Positions 1-13,226 of a stretch of 64,000 nt of DNA are shown here, piece by piece. Every line of letters begins with the position of its first letter. Position 1 is the stretch's first letter. Source of the DNA: Macrostomum hystrix (taxonomy: Eukaryota; Animalia; Platyhelminthes); the NCBI GenBank assembly GCA_950097015.1, contig CATNEN010000034.1:5766001-5830000 (forward strand), read 5' to 3'. The notes beneath the pieces are model-generated. The model had not been told where the DNA came from. It did no database searches and saw only the letters and a list, made by a program, of their open reading frames with translations. The position numbers and the translations under genes were made by a program.

Positions 1-560
1 CTTCACTAATGACTCAGATGCTTCTCTAATGACTCAGATGCTTCTCTAATGACTCAGATGCTTCTCTAACGACTCAGATGCTTCACTAACGACTCAGATG
101 CTTCACTAATGACTCAGATGCTTCTCTAATGACTCAGATGCTTCTCTAATGACTCAGATGCTTCTCTAATGACTCAGATGCTTCTCTAATGACTCAGATG
201 CTTCTCTAATGACTCAGATGCTTCACTAATGACTCAGATGCTTCTCTAATGACTCAGATGCTTCTCTAATGACTCAGATGTTTATCAGCTACTCAGATCA
301 TGCTTCTCTAGCTACTCATATACTTCTCTAGCTACTTATATACTTCTATACCTACTCATATACTTCTCTAGCTACTCATATACTTCTCTAGCTACTTATA
401 TACTTCTATACCTACTCATATACTTCTCTAGCTACTCATATACTTCTCTAGCTACTTATATACTTCTATACCTACTCATATACTTCTCTAGCTACTCATA
501 TACTTCTATACCTACTCATATACTTCTTTCGCTACTCAGATGCTTTTCTAGCTACTCAGA
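1..560. repeat. Two adjacent related 20-bp minisatellites (CTTCTCTAATGACTCAGATG to about 290, then TACTTCTCTAGCTACTCATA)
   Basis: Direct reading of 20-bp periodicity; runs off the window start. Confidence 0.95.
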
Positions 561-1324
561 TGCTTCTCTAATGACAAAAGCTTGTCTAGCGAATCTTAAA
601 AGCCTTTTCCGAGACGCGTTCGACGCATTCCAGTAGTGCAGCAAAGTAGCAAATCTAAAAGGCTTCAAACGGACGTAAGAACAAACAAGACCTATTTTTT
701 ACGTCGCGCTTGACTCTTTGTGCCGTACTTCCTTTCGGTCGCCGATTCTATTTTTACGATCGAATTCGAGACTAAGGCATTTTTCGCTCCATTCAGAGGC
801 TTCTTACAATAGACTATTTTAAGACACGCTGTTTTGCTCTCGCGCAAAAATTTATATCCTTCAATAACCCGCGAAGAGACTATTCTACCAGAGGTTTTTT
901 CATCGGGTCTCCTTGTCTCTTGTATTAGTTGAAAATTAATTGTTTTAATGTTTGTTACGCCTACACTTTATAAATTCACATAACTAACAACTAACGTTTT
1001 CGTTATAAAAATCTTACCAGCGACTAGTCTGGAGTCCGTGCTATTTCTGCCTGAAGGTGGGTATTTCATTATGGGATAACACAATAACTCGTTCACATCA
1101 GTTCAGGCTATAAGCTATTAAGCTTAATTTTCTGCATCCGTTTCGTCAGTTGTGCCTAAGTCTCTGTAGTGATAAAAAACACATTTTTGTTTAAAGTCGT
1201 CTAGTGCTTGTTCTGTTCAGTGCGTCTTGTCAGATTTTGGTTACCTCATGGGGCGTTAAGGCGACTGTTAACAATATTCGATAATTTAATACGTACTCCC
1301 ACTATTAAAAACACTTTTGGCAAA

Positions 1325-2506
1325 AACACTCAGAGAATCGCCTTCAATCCCTGCAAAATCACTCAGAGAATCGCCTTCAATCCCTGCAAAATCACTCAGA
1401 GAATCGCCTTCAATCCCTGCAAAATCACTCAGAGAATCGCCTTCAATCCCTGCAAAATCACTCAGAGAATCGCCTTCAATCCCTGCAAAATCACTCAGAG
1501 AATCGCCTTCAATCCCTGCAAAATCACTCAGAGAATCGCCTTCAATCCCTGCAAAATCACTCAGAGAATCGCCTTCAATCCCTGCAAAATCACTCAGAGA
1601 ATCGCCTTCAATCCCTGCAAAATCACTCAGAGAATCGCCTTCAATCCCTGCAAAATCACTCAGAGAATCGCCTTCAATCCCTGCAAAATCACTCAGAGAA
1701 TCGCCTTCAATCCCTGCAAAATCACTCAGAGAATCGCCTTCAATCCCTGCAAAATCACTCAGAGAATCGCCTTCAATCCCTGCAGAATCACTCAGAGAAT
1801 CGCCTTCAATCCCTGCAAAATCACTCAGAGAATCGCCTTCAATCCCTGCAAAATCACTCAGAGAATCGCCTTCAATCCCTGCAAAATCACTCAGAGAATC
1901 GCCTTCAATCCCTGCAAAATCACTCAGAGAATCGCCTTCAATCCCTGCAAAATCACTCAGAGAATCGCCTTCAATCCCTGCAAAATCACTCAGAGAATCG
2001 CCTTCAATCCCTGCAAAACACTCAGAGAATCGCCTTCAATCCCTGCAGAATCACTCAGAGAATCGCCTTCAATCCCTGCAAAACACTCAGAGAATCGCCT
2101 TCAATACCTGCAAAATCACTCAGAGAATCGCCTTCAATACCTGCAAAATCACTCAGAGAATCGCCTTCAATCCCTGCAAAATCACTCAGAGAATCGCCTT
2201 CAATCCCTGCAAAATCACTCAGAGAATCGCCTTCAATCCCTGCAAAATCACTCAGAGAATCGCCTTCAATACCTGCAAAATCACTCAGAGAATCGCCTTC
2301 AATCCCTGCAAAATCACTCAGAGAATCGCCTTCAATACCTGCAAAATCACTCAGAGAATCGCCTTCAATCCCTGCAAAATCACTCAGAGAATCGCCTTCA
2401 ATACCTGCAAAATCACTCAGAGAATCGCCTTCAATACCTGCAAAATCACTCAGAGAATCGCCTTCAATCCCTGCAAAATCACTCAGAGAATCGCCTTCAA
2501 TCCCTG
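1325..2506. repeat. 33-bp minisatellite (AAAATCACTCAGAGAATCGCCTTCAATCCCTGC), about 35 copies
   Basis: Near-perfect periodicity; explains ORFs 1208..2545 and 1317..2507. Confidence 0.97.
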
Positions 2507-3704
2507 AAAAACACAGTTTTAAATCATTTTTCGTATCAGTCGTGATCGCTCTGTTATTGTTGTCGACTGTGATTTCCCTTGTTGGTTTGTGTTCGTGTCG
2601 CTGGAATTTTACTCGTCAGCAAATTGAGCATTTTATTCTATCTGTTTGAGCTAATGGTTGAGTATTTTTTGTTACTCAGTTTGACTCGAGTTTTTTTGCT
2701 TGCTAAAAGCTATTTAGTAAATGGCTGGAATATGTGCAATCCATGGTTAATCGCTTCAAAGCTTCACTGGAGAAATCATTTCTTCCTTTGCGTGCAATCT
2801 TAATGCAAGCATTATAAGTCTAATCTAGATGTGCTCTAGAGGGTTCTAGAGCATATAGTTAAATAATACATTTTTAAGCCTATCTTCGTTTTTCCCTCAC
2901 TGTCGCTCGAGTTTTACGCGATTTACTAATGACCCAGAAACAGTCTAACTAGTCTAGTTTAGTTTTCCAAGTTAAAAAAATGATTTTTTCTTATTCATAA
3001 ATATTTTTTCACTGTGCTTACTTTGTATTGCCATAAATTCAGGAGGTAAGAAGATTTCACCGTGCATGGTATAACTTAACTTCTTAATTAAGAGTTTGAC
3101 TAGAAATTTCACTTTCCAAACCGTATGGTATAATGACACTAGCTATCTCCAGGCCAGTGTGTTCGTTGTTATGATTTAAGAGTGACATTGTGCATACCAG
3201 TTAAATCCACTATCCACATGTAAAAATACATGCTCCAAAGATTCAATAAAGTGGTACTTTTATTTTACCATATGGTACTGATAATCTATGGGCGAAACCT
3301 ACTTGCCGTTAAACAATTTGCGTAGATACCCGTAACCAAATGCAAATCCCTGCAGAATCCTTAACCGCTTCTGAACTATTAGTTTTTTTGTGGACTGACG
3401 CTGACTATTAACAAGTACATATTATACGTTTTACTATTTTTTTCTAGTTTCAAGTGTATCCGATGTCCTAGAACCATTTTTTACTAGAGAACTACATTTT
3501 TCACTCTCCCTACATTTCTATTGTTTTTTGTATCCAAGTTGGACAGACATAATTTAAGGGTTCATTTAAAATAATGTTAAATTGTTTTCGTACGGGATGC
3601 AAACTGAGAGTGCATCAATGTATTAAAATGGTAGGAAAATTATGCCTTTCTATGAATCTGTACTGCCAATTTAGTTTGATGAAGACTGTCTGAAGCTAAA
3701 CCAA

Positions 3705-4856
3705 GTTCCTCAGGTGTGACAGTCTCCTTAGCCCCCAGTTCCTCAGGTGTGACAGTCTCCTCAGCCCCCAGTTCCTCAGGTGTGACAGTCTCCTCAGCTC
3801 CCAGTTCCTCAGGTGTGACAGTCTCCTCAGCCCCCAGTTCCTCAGGTGTGACAGTCTCCTAAGCTCCCAGTTCCTTAGGTGTGACAGTCTCCTAAGCTTC
3901 CCAGTTCCTCAGGTGTGACAGTCTCCTCAGCCCCCAGTTCCTCAGGTGTGACAGTCTCCTCAGCCCCCAGTTCCTCAGGTGTGACAGTCTCCTCAGCCCC
4001 CAGTTCCTCAGGTGTGACAGTCTCCTCAGCCCCCAGTTCCTCAGGTGTGACAGTCTCCTCTGCTCCCACTTCCTTAGGTGTGACAGTCTCCTAAGCTTCC
4101 CAGTTCCTTAGGTGTGACAGTCTCCTAAGCTCCCAGTTCCTTAGGTGTGACAGTCTCCTAAGCTTCCCAGTTCCTCAGGTGTGACAGTCTCCTCAGCCCC
4201 CAGTTCCTCAGGTGTGACAGTCTCCTCAGCTCCCAGTTCCTCAGGTGTGACAGTCTCCTCAGCCCCCAGTTCCTCAGGTGTGACAGTCTCCTCAGCCCCC
4301 AGTTCCTCAGGTGTGACAGTCTCCTCAGCCCCCAGTTCCTCAGGTGTGACAGTCTCCTCAGCCCCCAGTTCCTCAGGTGTGACAGTCTCCTCAGCCCCCA
4401 GTTCCTCAGGTGTGACAGTCTCCTCTGCTCCCACTTCCTTAGGTGTGACAGTCTCCTAAGCTTCCCAGTTCCTTAGGTGTGACAGTCTCCTAAGCTCCCA
4501 GTTCCTTAGGTGTGACAGTCTCCTAAGCTTCCCAGTTCCTCAGGTGTGACAGTCTCCTCAGCCCCCAGTTCCTCAGGTGTGACAGTCTCCTAAGCTTCCC
4601 AGTTCCTTAGGTGTGACAGTCTCCTAAGCTCCCAGTTCCTTAGGTGTGACAGTCTCCTAAGCTCCCAGTTCCTTAGGTGTGACAGTCTCCTAAGCTTCCC
4701 AGATCCTCAGGTGTGACAGTCTCCTCAGCCCCCAGTTCCTCAGGTGTGACAGTCTCCTAAGCTCCCAGTTCCTTAGTTGTGACAGTCTCCTAAGCTCCCA
4801 GTTCCTTAGGTGTGACAGTCTCCTAAGCTCCCAGTTCCTTAGGTGTGACAGTCTCA
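3705..4856. repeat. 33-bp minisatellite (CCCCAGTTCCTCAGGTGTGACAGTCTCCTCAGC-like), about 35 copies
   Basis: Direct periodicity; ends about 75 nt upstream of the nuclear receptor exon acceptor. Confidence 0.96.
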
Positions 4857-4932
4857 TGGCCAAAGCAGCTCTTATTTGGCAAAGGCCTAAAATCGCTTCA
4901 ATTTCACCCGCCCTCCGCCATTCGCATCGCAG

Positions 4933-5183
4933 ACGTGCAAGGCCTGCAGGAGCCGCAGCGAGTTACCACCCAGCAGAATCGAATCCTTGAATTCCTACGC
5001 CAGTGCAGCGCAGCCAGGTTCCCGGATGCGCCTTCGCGCGTCGCCGGCCTACTGCTTCGCCTGCCCCTGGTGCGCCAACTGTCTGTGCTGGCAGCCCAGG
5101 AGTTTCAGGCCATGCTAACCTCCGGCATCTACGAGGCCAGTCCGCTAGTGCTGGAGATTCTAGCTAAGCATACGGATATTTGA
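4933..5183 (+). CDS. Terminal exon of a nuclear hormone receptor (ligand-binding domain helices 9-12); upstream exons not found in window
   Basis: After acceptor TCGCAG (4932): (D)VQGLQEPQRV..LRQCSAARFPDAPSRVAGLLLRLPLVRQLS..SPLVLEIL. Resembles NR2-type GLxDP..YPxQPxRFxxLLLRLPxLR and the AF-2 motif (hydrophobic-hydrophobic-x-E-hydrophobic-hydrophobic). Subfamily not assignable. Confidence 0.8.
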
Positions 5184-6097
5184 ACTAATCTCTTGTTTCC
5201 TTATTCACCTATGGACACTAGTTTTGCTTTCTTCTCGTTCGTCTCGTTCCTAGGTAGTTTTTTTGTCTTGTCTTGCCTCGGATGTCTCAGCTTAGAAAAA
5301 GTTAATTTTTAAAGAAAAATATATTGCTTTTTAAACTGTGGCAAATAAATTTTCTTTCTGCACTATGCAAGTGGCGCTGTTTGTTGACTTTTTTGCTTCT
5401 GCGTTTTTGCCAGTTCTCAAAACTATCTATATTGTCTGTTTATCTTTGTGTTCGAGATTTCTCTTATCTTTATTCGTCTGATATCCTAATAAGGATGGAG
5501 TTGCACTGTCTTGCCCTTGTGTTCAAGAAATTGTTTCTTTTGTTTGCGCTTTGAAACTGTCTTTTGTTACAATTTCGCTGAACTGACAGGTTTTACCATA
5601 GACTATGTAGATAGATGATGAAATTGACTATGTATTGGTAGACTGTCCAAATACTCCTAGTTGCTTACTAACTATTGTTATGGACTACTTACGAGTCCTT
5701 ACGAGTACTACTTAACTACTCGTAAGTAGACACTTCATTGACTAAATAGTTAAGTAGTGGCACATACTTATCGAGATAGTTAATGCCATAGACTATTGGA
5801 TTGGATGTTGCCAGTTTGCATACAATGTACTGTGTATAATTTTCTCGTTTTTTCTAGTTCTCTTACTAAATTTAAATATTTTTCGTAGTTTTTTTAACGA
5901 AAAAATTAGTAGCGCTTGCACATTTCATCTTGGCTGTGTGTCATGCTTTTCTAGCATCGTAAATAACGTTTGATTTTGCTTTATGCAGGAAATACAGATA
6001 TAAACTCTTCTTGTTTTGAAATTATAGCATTCTTGCAGTACGGTATTTGATCCCTTATTCGACCGCCAATTACGTGCAAAATCGCTCCGTAAAGAGG

Positions 6098-7800
6098 AAC
6101 CAGGTACCCAGAGCCAATAGAACCAGGTGCCCAGACCCAATAGAACCAGGTACCCAGAGCCAATAGAACCAGGTACCCAGACCCAATAGAACCAGGTACC
6201 CAGACCCAATAGAACCAGGTACCCAGACCCAATAGAACCAGGTACCCAGACCCAATAGAACCAGGTACCCAGACCCAATAGAACCAGGTACCCAGAGCCA
6301 ATAGAACCAGGTACCCAGACCCAATAGAACCAGGTACCCAGACCCAATAGAACCAGGTACCCAGACCCAATAGAACCAGGTACCCAGACCCAATAGAACC
6401 AGGTGACCCAGACCCAATAGAACCAGGTACCCAGACCCAATAGAACCAGGTACCCAGACCCAATAGAACCAGGTACCCAGACCCAATAGAACCAGGTACC
6501 CAGACCCAATAGAACCAGGTACCCAGAGCCAATAGAACCAGGTACCCAGAGCCAATAGAACCAGGTACCCAGACCCAATAGAACCAGGTACCCAGACCCA
6601 ATAGAACCAGGTACCCAGACCCAATAGAACCAGGTACCCAGACCCAATAGAACCAGGTACCCAGAGCCAATAGAACCAGGTACCCAGAGCCAATAGAACC
6701 AGGTACCCAGACCCAATAGAACCAGGTACCCAGACCCAATAGAACCAGGTACCCAGAGCCAATAGAACCAGGTACCCAGAGCCAATAGAACCAGGTACCC
6801 AGACCCAATAGAACCAGGTACCCAGACCCAATAGAACCAGGTGCCCAGACCCAATAGAACCAGGTACCCAGACCCAATAGAACCAGGTACCCAGAGCCCA
6901 ATAGAACCAGGTACCCAGAGCCAATAGAACCAGGTACCCAGACCCAATAGAACCAGGTACCCAGACCCAATAGAACCAGGTACCCAGAGCCAATAGAACC
7001 AGGTACCCAGAGCCAATAGAACCAGGTACCCAGACCCAATAGAACCAGGTACCCAGACCCAATAGAACCAGGTGCCCAGACCCAATAGAACCAGGTACCC
7101 AGACCCAATAGAACCAGGTACCCAGAGCCAATAGAACCAGGTACCCAGAGCCAATAGAACCAGGTACCCAGACCCAATAGAACCAGGTACCCAGACCCAA
7201 TAGAACCAGGTACCCAGACCCAATAGAACCAGGTACCCAGACCCAATAGAACCAGGTACCCAGACCCAATAGAACCAGGTGCCCAGACCCAATAGAACCA
7301 GGTGCCCAGACCCAATAGAACCAGGTACCCAGACCCAATAGAACCAGGTACCCAGAGCCAATAGAACCAGGTACCCAGAGCCAATAGAACCAGGTACCCA
7401 GACCCAATAGAACCAGGTACCCAGAGCCAATAGAACCAGGTACCCAGACCCAATAGAACCAGGTACCCAGACCCAATAGAACCAGGTACCCAGACCCAAT
7501 AGAACCAGGTACCCAGAGCCAATAGAACCAGGTACCCAGACCCAATAGAACCAGGTACCCAGACCCAATAGAACCAGGTACCCAGACCCAATAGAACCAG
7601 GTACCCAGAGCCAATAGAACCAGGTACCCAGAGCCAATAGAACCAGGTACCCAGACCCAATAGAACCAGGTACCCAGAGCCAATAGAACCAGGTACCCAG
7701 AGCCAATAGAACCAGGTACCCAGACCCAATAGAACCAGGTACCCAGAGCCATTAGAACCAGGTACCCAGAGCCATTAGAACCAGACCCAATAGAACCAGG
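6098..7800. repeat. 23-bp minisatellite (GAACCAGGTACCCAGACCCAATA), about 73 copies
   Basis: Direct periodicity; the 23-aa period in three minus-strand ORFs is the 3x23-bp artefact. Confidence 0.97.
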
Positions 7801-8630
7801 TACCTAGAGCCAATGGTACCTGGTGTTGCTAGACTGTGAAAATTCTTACAAAGCGTCTCATTATCTATTGATGGAGGTATTTTGTTAAAAATGGTTTGCT
7901 GCATTAACTGTTCATGGCTTTTAACTTGTCATAATGCGTACTACACTTTACTAATAATTGCGACCCGTATTTTTTATGCGAAATTAATTCCACACTGCTC
8001 CACATAGACATAGCTCAGACCATTAGGATAGGCGGCCTGTGTTTTGCTCATGCACAACTCACTCTGCATGTTGAGAGATTAAAATTGCGCTCCGAGTGTG
8101 CATTGTTGTTGCTTTTTTACAGCCAATGTACAATTAGATAATCCTTTATGTTTATCTTTAGACTCTAAGATTTATAACTGTATCACTAGATGTGCTTACT
8201 GTCAGTTAAATATATCTATATATTTTCTTTTTCTTGTCTTTGTCTTTTGTGTGTGCCTCGTTTTGACTAATGCGTTGTCAGCTTTTATATACTTATAATG
8301 CACAGTTATACTTATCACTAGTGTCTGTCAGTTCGGTGTCCTCTGTTTTGCAGAGTTTTCTAATTTTATGTCGAGCATTATATATTTATAGCAACTGTTG
8401 TATTGTGCGCGAATAAATATAAAATACCAAGCATCGAACTAAGATTCTAGGAAAGGAGTTTAAACTAACGAAACGGCTTTAGCGCAAGTTGCAGACCAAG
8501 CATGACCAAACGCGGACCTAATTTTTATTCTTGTATTTTATTTTACTGACAATGCATATTTCATATTTGCCCACAATTCACAATTTCACTTTCCCTTTTT
8601 AGCAAAAATTTTTAAAAATTTCAAGACCCG

Positions 8631-8694
8631 GACCGCGGAATCGAGCTTAGGGACCTTGGCGCGAGAGGCAACATTAGTTAGACCGCTCTGCCAC
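8631..8694 (-). mobile_element. Isolated tRNA-like head of SINE family 1
   Basis: Reverse complement GTGGCAGAGCGG..TTGCCTCTCGCGCCAAGGTCCCTAAGCTCGATTCCGCGG aligns to the head of the copy at 42512. Confidence 0.7.
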
Positions 8695-10605
8695 TTGCTC
8701 CCTGAATTTTACTTCCCTGAAATGAAATTTTATAAGTTCCATTGAATAATTTCGGTGCCAAGCCATTTTGCCACCAGTTTTTTAGACCAAGGGGGGTCTC
8801 CCCCCTGAGTTTTTTGGCAGCGCCTGAATGCTAACAGCGTTGGGTTTTAACTGATTGGTTGACAGACTAGGCGAGGGTGTCCTGTGGTTGAGCTGCGCCT
8901 AATAGTTAGGCTTGATCAGTGAAATTGGAGAAATTCGCGTCCGGGTGTCCATAGTGGCCTATTTTCACCTGTTGTAGCCCTTGAAGGTCGAGAAAATCCG
9001 TCTAGATAAAGGTAGGTGACCACCGAAGACGGAGATGATGCAGGAACATTCGGGTGACATGCCGATAAATTTTGAAGGCCTGGCACGGCCGCACTGAGGC
9101 CTTGTGTATGAAATACCAGCGCTTATGGTAAAATCTGACCTTCGGCCAGAAATATTGAATATCTCGACGGTCTGAAGAGCTGGCGACTTGATTTTTGTTT
9201 CAGAAGATGCGCAACAAAAAGTTGGCCCGTGTTCTTGAGTTTCGTGTGCTCGCATTGTTCCGTTCTGGTGCAGCACAAACAATTGTCAACTGCCCCCCTT
9301 CGAAGTTCTACTATTAACACAGCGAGTTTTCCCATTTATTCCCGTTAGAATTATTTGGGTGCAAGGAAAATGAAATGCCGTTTCGTCATTTCGCCGCCCT
9401 GAAATCTGAATCGATAATCTGTTCTGCAAAGCAATCTCATTTATTGTACCCGACTAATTAAAATAATGTTCATCATCTTCAGATTTCCATGATTGGGAAA
9501 TCGTCAAGTTTGTCTCCACCTCTCGACGTCATTGAGTTTGTCCCAGGTGCTTGAAGCAGAATATTTTTAATTATCGAGAAGCATTTCCGACACACGAAAC
9601 TAATTGCATGCCTTCAACGCAGAGTCTACGCTAAAGACACAACTAATTATAATTCATTTCCTGACACACTCTTAAAGGCCAAAATCGCGTCTGTTTGGGC
9701 AAAACACCGAGACGAAATTCAAATCAAGATTTCTTTCGATTTTTTTTGTAAACTCGGAGCACAAAGTGACGTCACTGATTTGTGACTCAGCTGTTAAAAC
9801 TCAACGCCTTGTACTGTATTTCTTAACAATCTTTTCATATAAGATGAATATTACATATAATCAATATATTATTTATTAACCATATATATATTTATATATT
9901 TTCACACTTTGGTCAGACAGTACGTGCGTATAAAAAAACAATGACAAACACAGAAAAAAAATACATTTGTTTCAGGCGAATACAAGTCAGCAGTCATTAT
10001 CAGAGATTTGAGGCATACATATATATATATGAAATATTACTGGGACTCAATGTACTTTTACATCGCAGATGTACATACAATTTCAAGTTATTTTCTAATA
10101 GATAAAACAGCTAGAAAGGTCGCGGATGCCAGCACCAGCAGAGAACAATTTTGAGACGCAATGGAATAATGCATTCTATATATTATTATATAACAACAAT
10201 TTGGGCATAGAAAGGACACATTTGTGTGTGCTATAGCTACGGGTAGTGCTGTAACAATGGGACCTAAGGATGCAATCGCATTGTTAAATCGCTGCAATCT
10301 AATACATGGTTATTAATACTCATTAACACAATATATATTAGCTAACTAAGCATTCAATGTCAAAGTAACTGTTACAATTTTGTTAATATTTTTCGCGGAA
10401 TAAATTCAGCAGAGCATTGTCTTGCTTGTCAAGCTGCAAATTAAACTGTGCAATCAAAAGAAGTAAACAGCAATTATTACTTGTTCTAAAGTGAGCCTTT
10501 GTACTGGCCCACTAGAGTATGGCTTTGCATAATCATGAAGCAAGGCAAAATTCCTGAGCGACAGGAAATGTGAAACAGGGAGAGGAGTAAAGGTGATTTG
10601 GAGGA

Positions 10606-11232
10606 AGGGTGAGACACTGATTATAAGAAGGGTGAGACACTGATTAGAGGAAGGGTGAGACACTGATTAGAGGAAGGGTGAGACACTGATTAGAGGAAGG
10701 GTGAGACACTGATTAGAGGAAGGGTGAGACACTGATTAGAGGAAGGGTGAGACACTGATTAGAGGAAGGGTGAGACACTGATTAGAGGAAGGCTGAGACA
10801 CTGATTAGAGGAAGGGTGAGACACTGATTAGAGGAAGGGTGAGACACTGATTAGAGGAAGGGTGAGACACTGATTAGAGGAAGGGTGAGACACTGATTAG
10901 AGGAAGGCTGAGACACTGATTAGAGGAAGGGTGAGACACTGATTAGAGGAAGGGTGAGACACTGATTAGAGGAAGGCTGAGACACTGATTAGAGGAAGGG
11001 TGAGACACTGATTAGAGGAAGGGTGAGACACTGATTAGAGGAAGGGTGAGACACTGATTAGAGGAAGGGTGAGACACTGATTAGAGGAAGGGTGAGACAC
11101 TGATTAGAGGAAGGGTGAGACACTGATTAGAGGAAGGGTGAGACACTGATTAGAGGAAGGGTGAGACACTGATTAGAGGAAGGGTGAGACACTGATTAGA
11201 GGAAGGGTGAGACACTGATTAGATGAAGGGTA
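10606..11232. repeat. 23-bp minisatellite (GAGGAAGGGTGAGACACTGATTA), about 27 copies
   Basis: Direct periodicity. Confidence 0.97.
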
Positions 11233-11767
11233 GAAAGTTCTATAGATTCATAGTGGACAAAATAAAGGAATGATTAGAATAAGAATTAGGAATTTATGTG
11301 TCAAACTGTCAGAGTAAATATCTTACAAGAGTAAAATAGGCACAACTTTCTCTAGTTGAAAAAATAAGACACGGAGACAGAAAAAGCTGTCAGAAAAAAT
11401 GAAACGAATCTTGAGCAGTAAACATGATATCGAAATCACCAATGAACTATAATTAAACTGTCTGTAAAGGTTTACGACAAACAGGGTGTGTGAAATAATT
11501 GGCTGTAAAAATATACTAGCTACTCGTACAAAGGAGTAAAAAAATGAAACAAAAATCCTAGTGTCCGTGTGCGGCAAAACAAAACAATTGAGTAAGATTT
11601 ATCGAATTCCTCTGCCAGAAAATTAACATGGTAAATGAATTGATTAACAGAGAAAGTATGGCAACGAGCTCTTCCGCCGAAAAAGTAAAGACTCAAATTT
11701 AATGTACGTGTAGGTATGAGACAACGCAAATAAACTAACGACAAACAGGTAGCCACGATAACAGACT

Positions 11768-12445
11768 TTAGGTGTGAAACACACACACCCCAGATAACTG
11801 ACTGCAGGTGTGAAACACACCCCCACCTAAGATAACTGACTGCAGGTGTGAAACACACCGCACCTAGGATAACTGATTGCAGGTGTGAAACACACCCCCA
11901 CCTAAGATAACTGACTGCAGGTGTGAAAAACACCCCCACCTAAGATAACTGACTGCAGGTGTGAAACACACCCCACCTAAGATAACTGATTGCAGGTGTG
12001 AAACACCCCCACCTAAGATAACTGACTGCAGGTGTGAAACACACCGCACCTAAGATAACTGACTGCAGGTGTGAAACACACCGCACCTAAGATAACTGAC
12101 TGCAGGTGTGAAACACACCGCACCTAAGATAACTGATTGCAGGTGTGAAACACACCGCACCTAAGATAACTGACTGCAGGTGTGAAACACACCGCACCTA
12201 AGATAACTGATTGCAGGTGTGAAACACACCGCACCTAAGATAACTAATTGCAGGTGTGAAACACACCGCACCTAAGATAACTGATTGCAGGTGTGAAACA
12301 CACCGCACCTAAGATAACTGATTGCAGGTGTGAAACACACCGCACCTAAGATAACTGATTGCAGGTGTGAAACACACCGCACCTAAGATAAATGATTGCA
12401 GGTGTGAAACACACCGCACCTAAGATAACTGACTGCAGGTGTGAC
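11768..12445. repeat. 37-bp minisatellite (CACCTAAGATAACTGACTGCAGGTGTGAAACACACCG), about 18 copies
   Basis: Direct periodicity. Confidence 0.96.
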
Positions 12446-13226
12446 AACCTGTGAGCACAACCACTTAGAAAAAAACAGCGATCCTATTTTGAGAAGGCTA
12501 GCCCATTGAACTCCGAAATGAAAAGGTTGCAACAAAGCGCGTTACAATGGATGCGCTCAGCACTCTCTAGTACTCAGAAGTTCTGAGGCGTATCCAGTGG
12601 CAGAAACTGGGTAAAAAATAATAAAAAACTAGTATGCAGAACAGTCACGGAGTCTAGCTCCATAAAATTTTAGCAGATTTAAAAAGTCAAACAAAGACTA
12701 CAGAAAGGAAAAAGTGATCAGACTGGATCGCAGCAATCAGGGACCCGTGGAGGCAGACGAAAACCCAACAGCAAAAGCAAGTGGAGTGCCGAGGCTTAGC
12801 TACCTATTCTCAAAAAATACAAAAGCAGCCATTGACGTGTGCTATTATAGCATATTTAGCTTCTCAATCCTCAATGATAAATCTCAATTCCTCAATCCAA
12901 ATGTAAACATGAATGGTGAATGGGACAAGAGCGTTTCAAAATGCCATATTAGAATGAAATCCTAATAGTTCAGTCAATACTTATTTTCATAGGTGCACAC
13001 ATTCTTGCGGCCCGTTAATCCGGCATTCAGTAGGGAATCTGGAAATAAAGGATTTATAGAGCGAAATCAATAAATTTTACACTTTCAAGACTGTCTACTT
13101 ACAGTAGAAATAAATGCATTTTAACCCTAATTCAAGAAAATTTGTTTGTTAAATACAAAAGCGGAGGATGTTTAATATAGACGATCTAATACTAAAATAA
13201 CTTCTAGATCTCAGCATAAGGGAACC

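Noticed and set aside
1208-7752. Long ORFs of 396-593 aa (1208..2545, 1317..2507, 5925..7706, 5981..7729, 6070..7752)
   Set aside because: They are translations of stop-free minisatellite units, open in several frames at once, with no domain content.
8965-9335. Minus-strand ORFs of 105 and 70 aa in a CpG-richer patch
   Set aside because: No recognisable motif or splice partner; possibly a decayed transposon, but unsupported.
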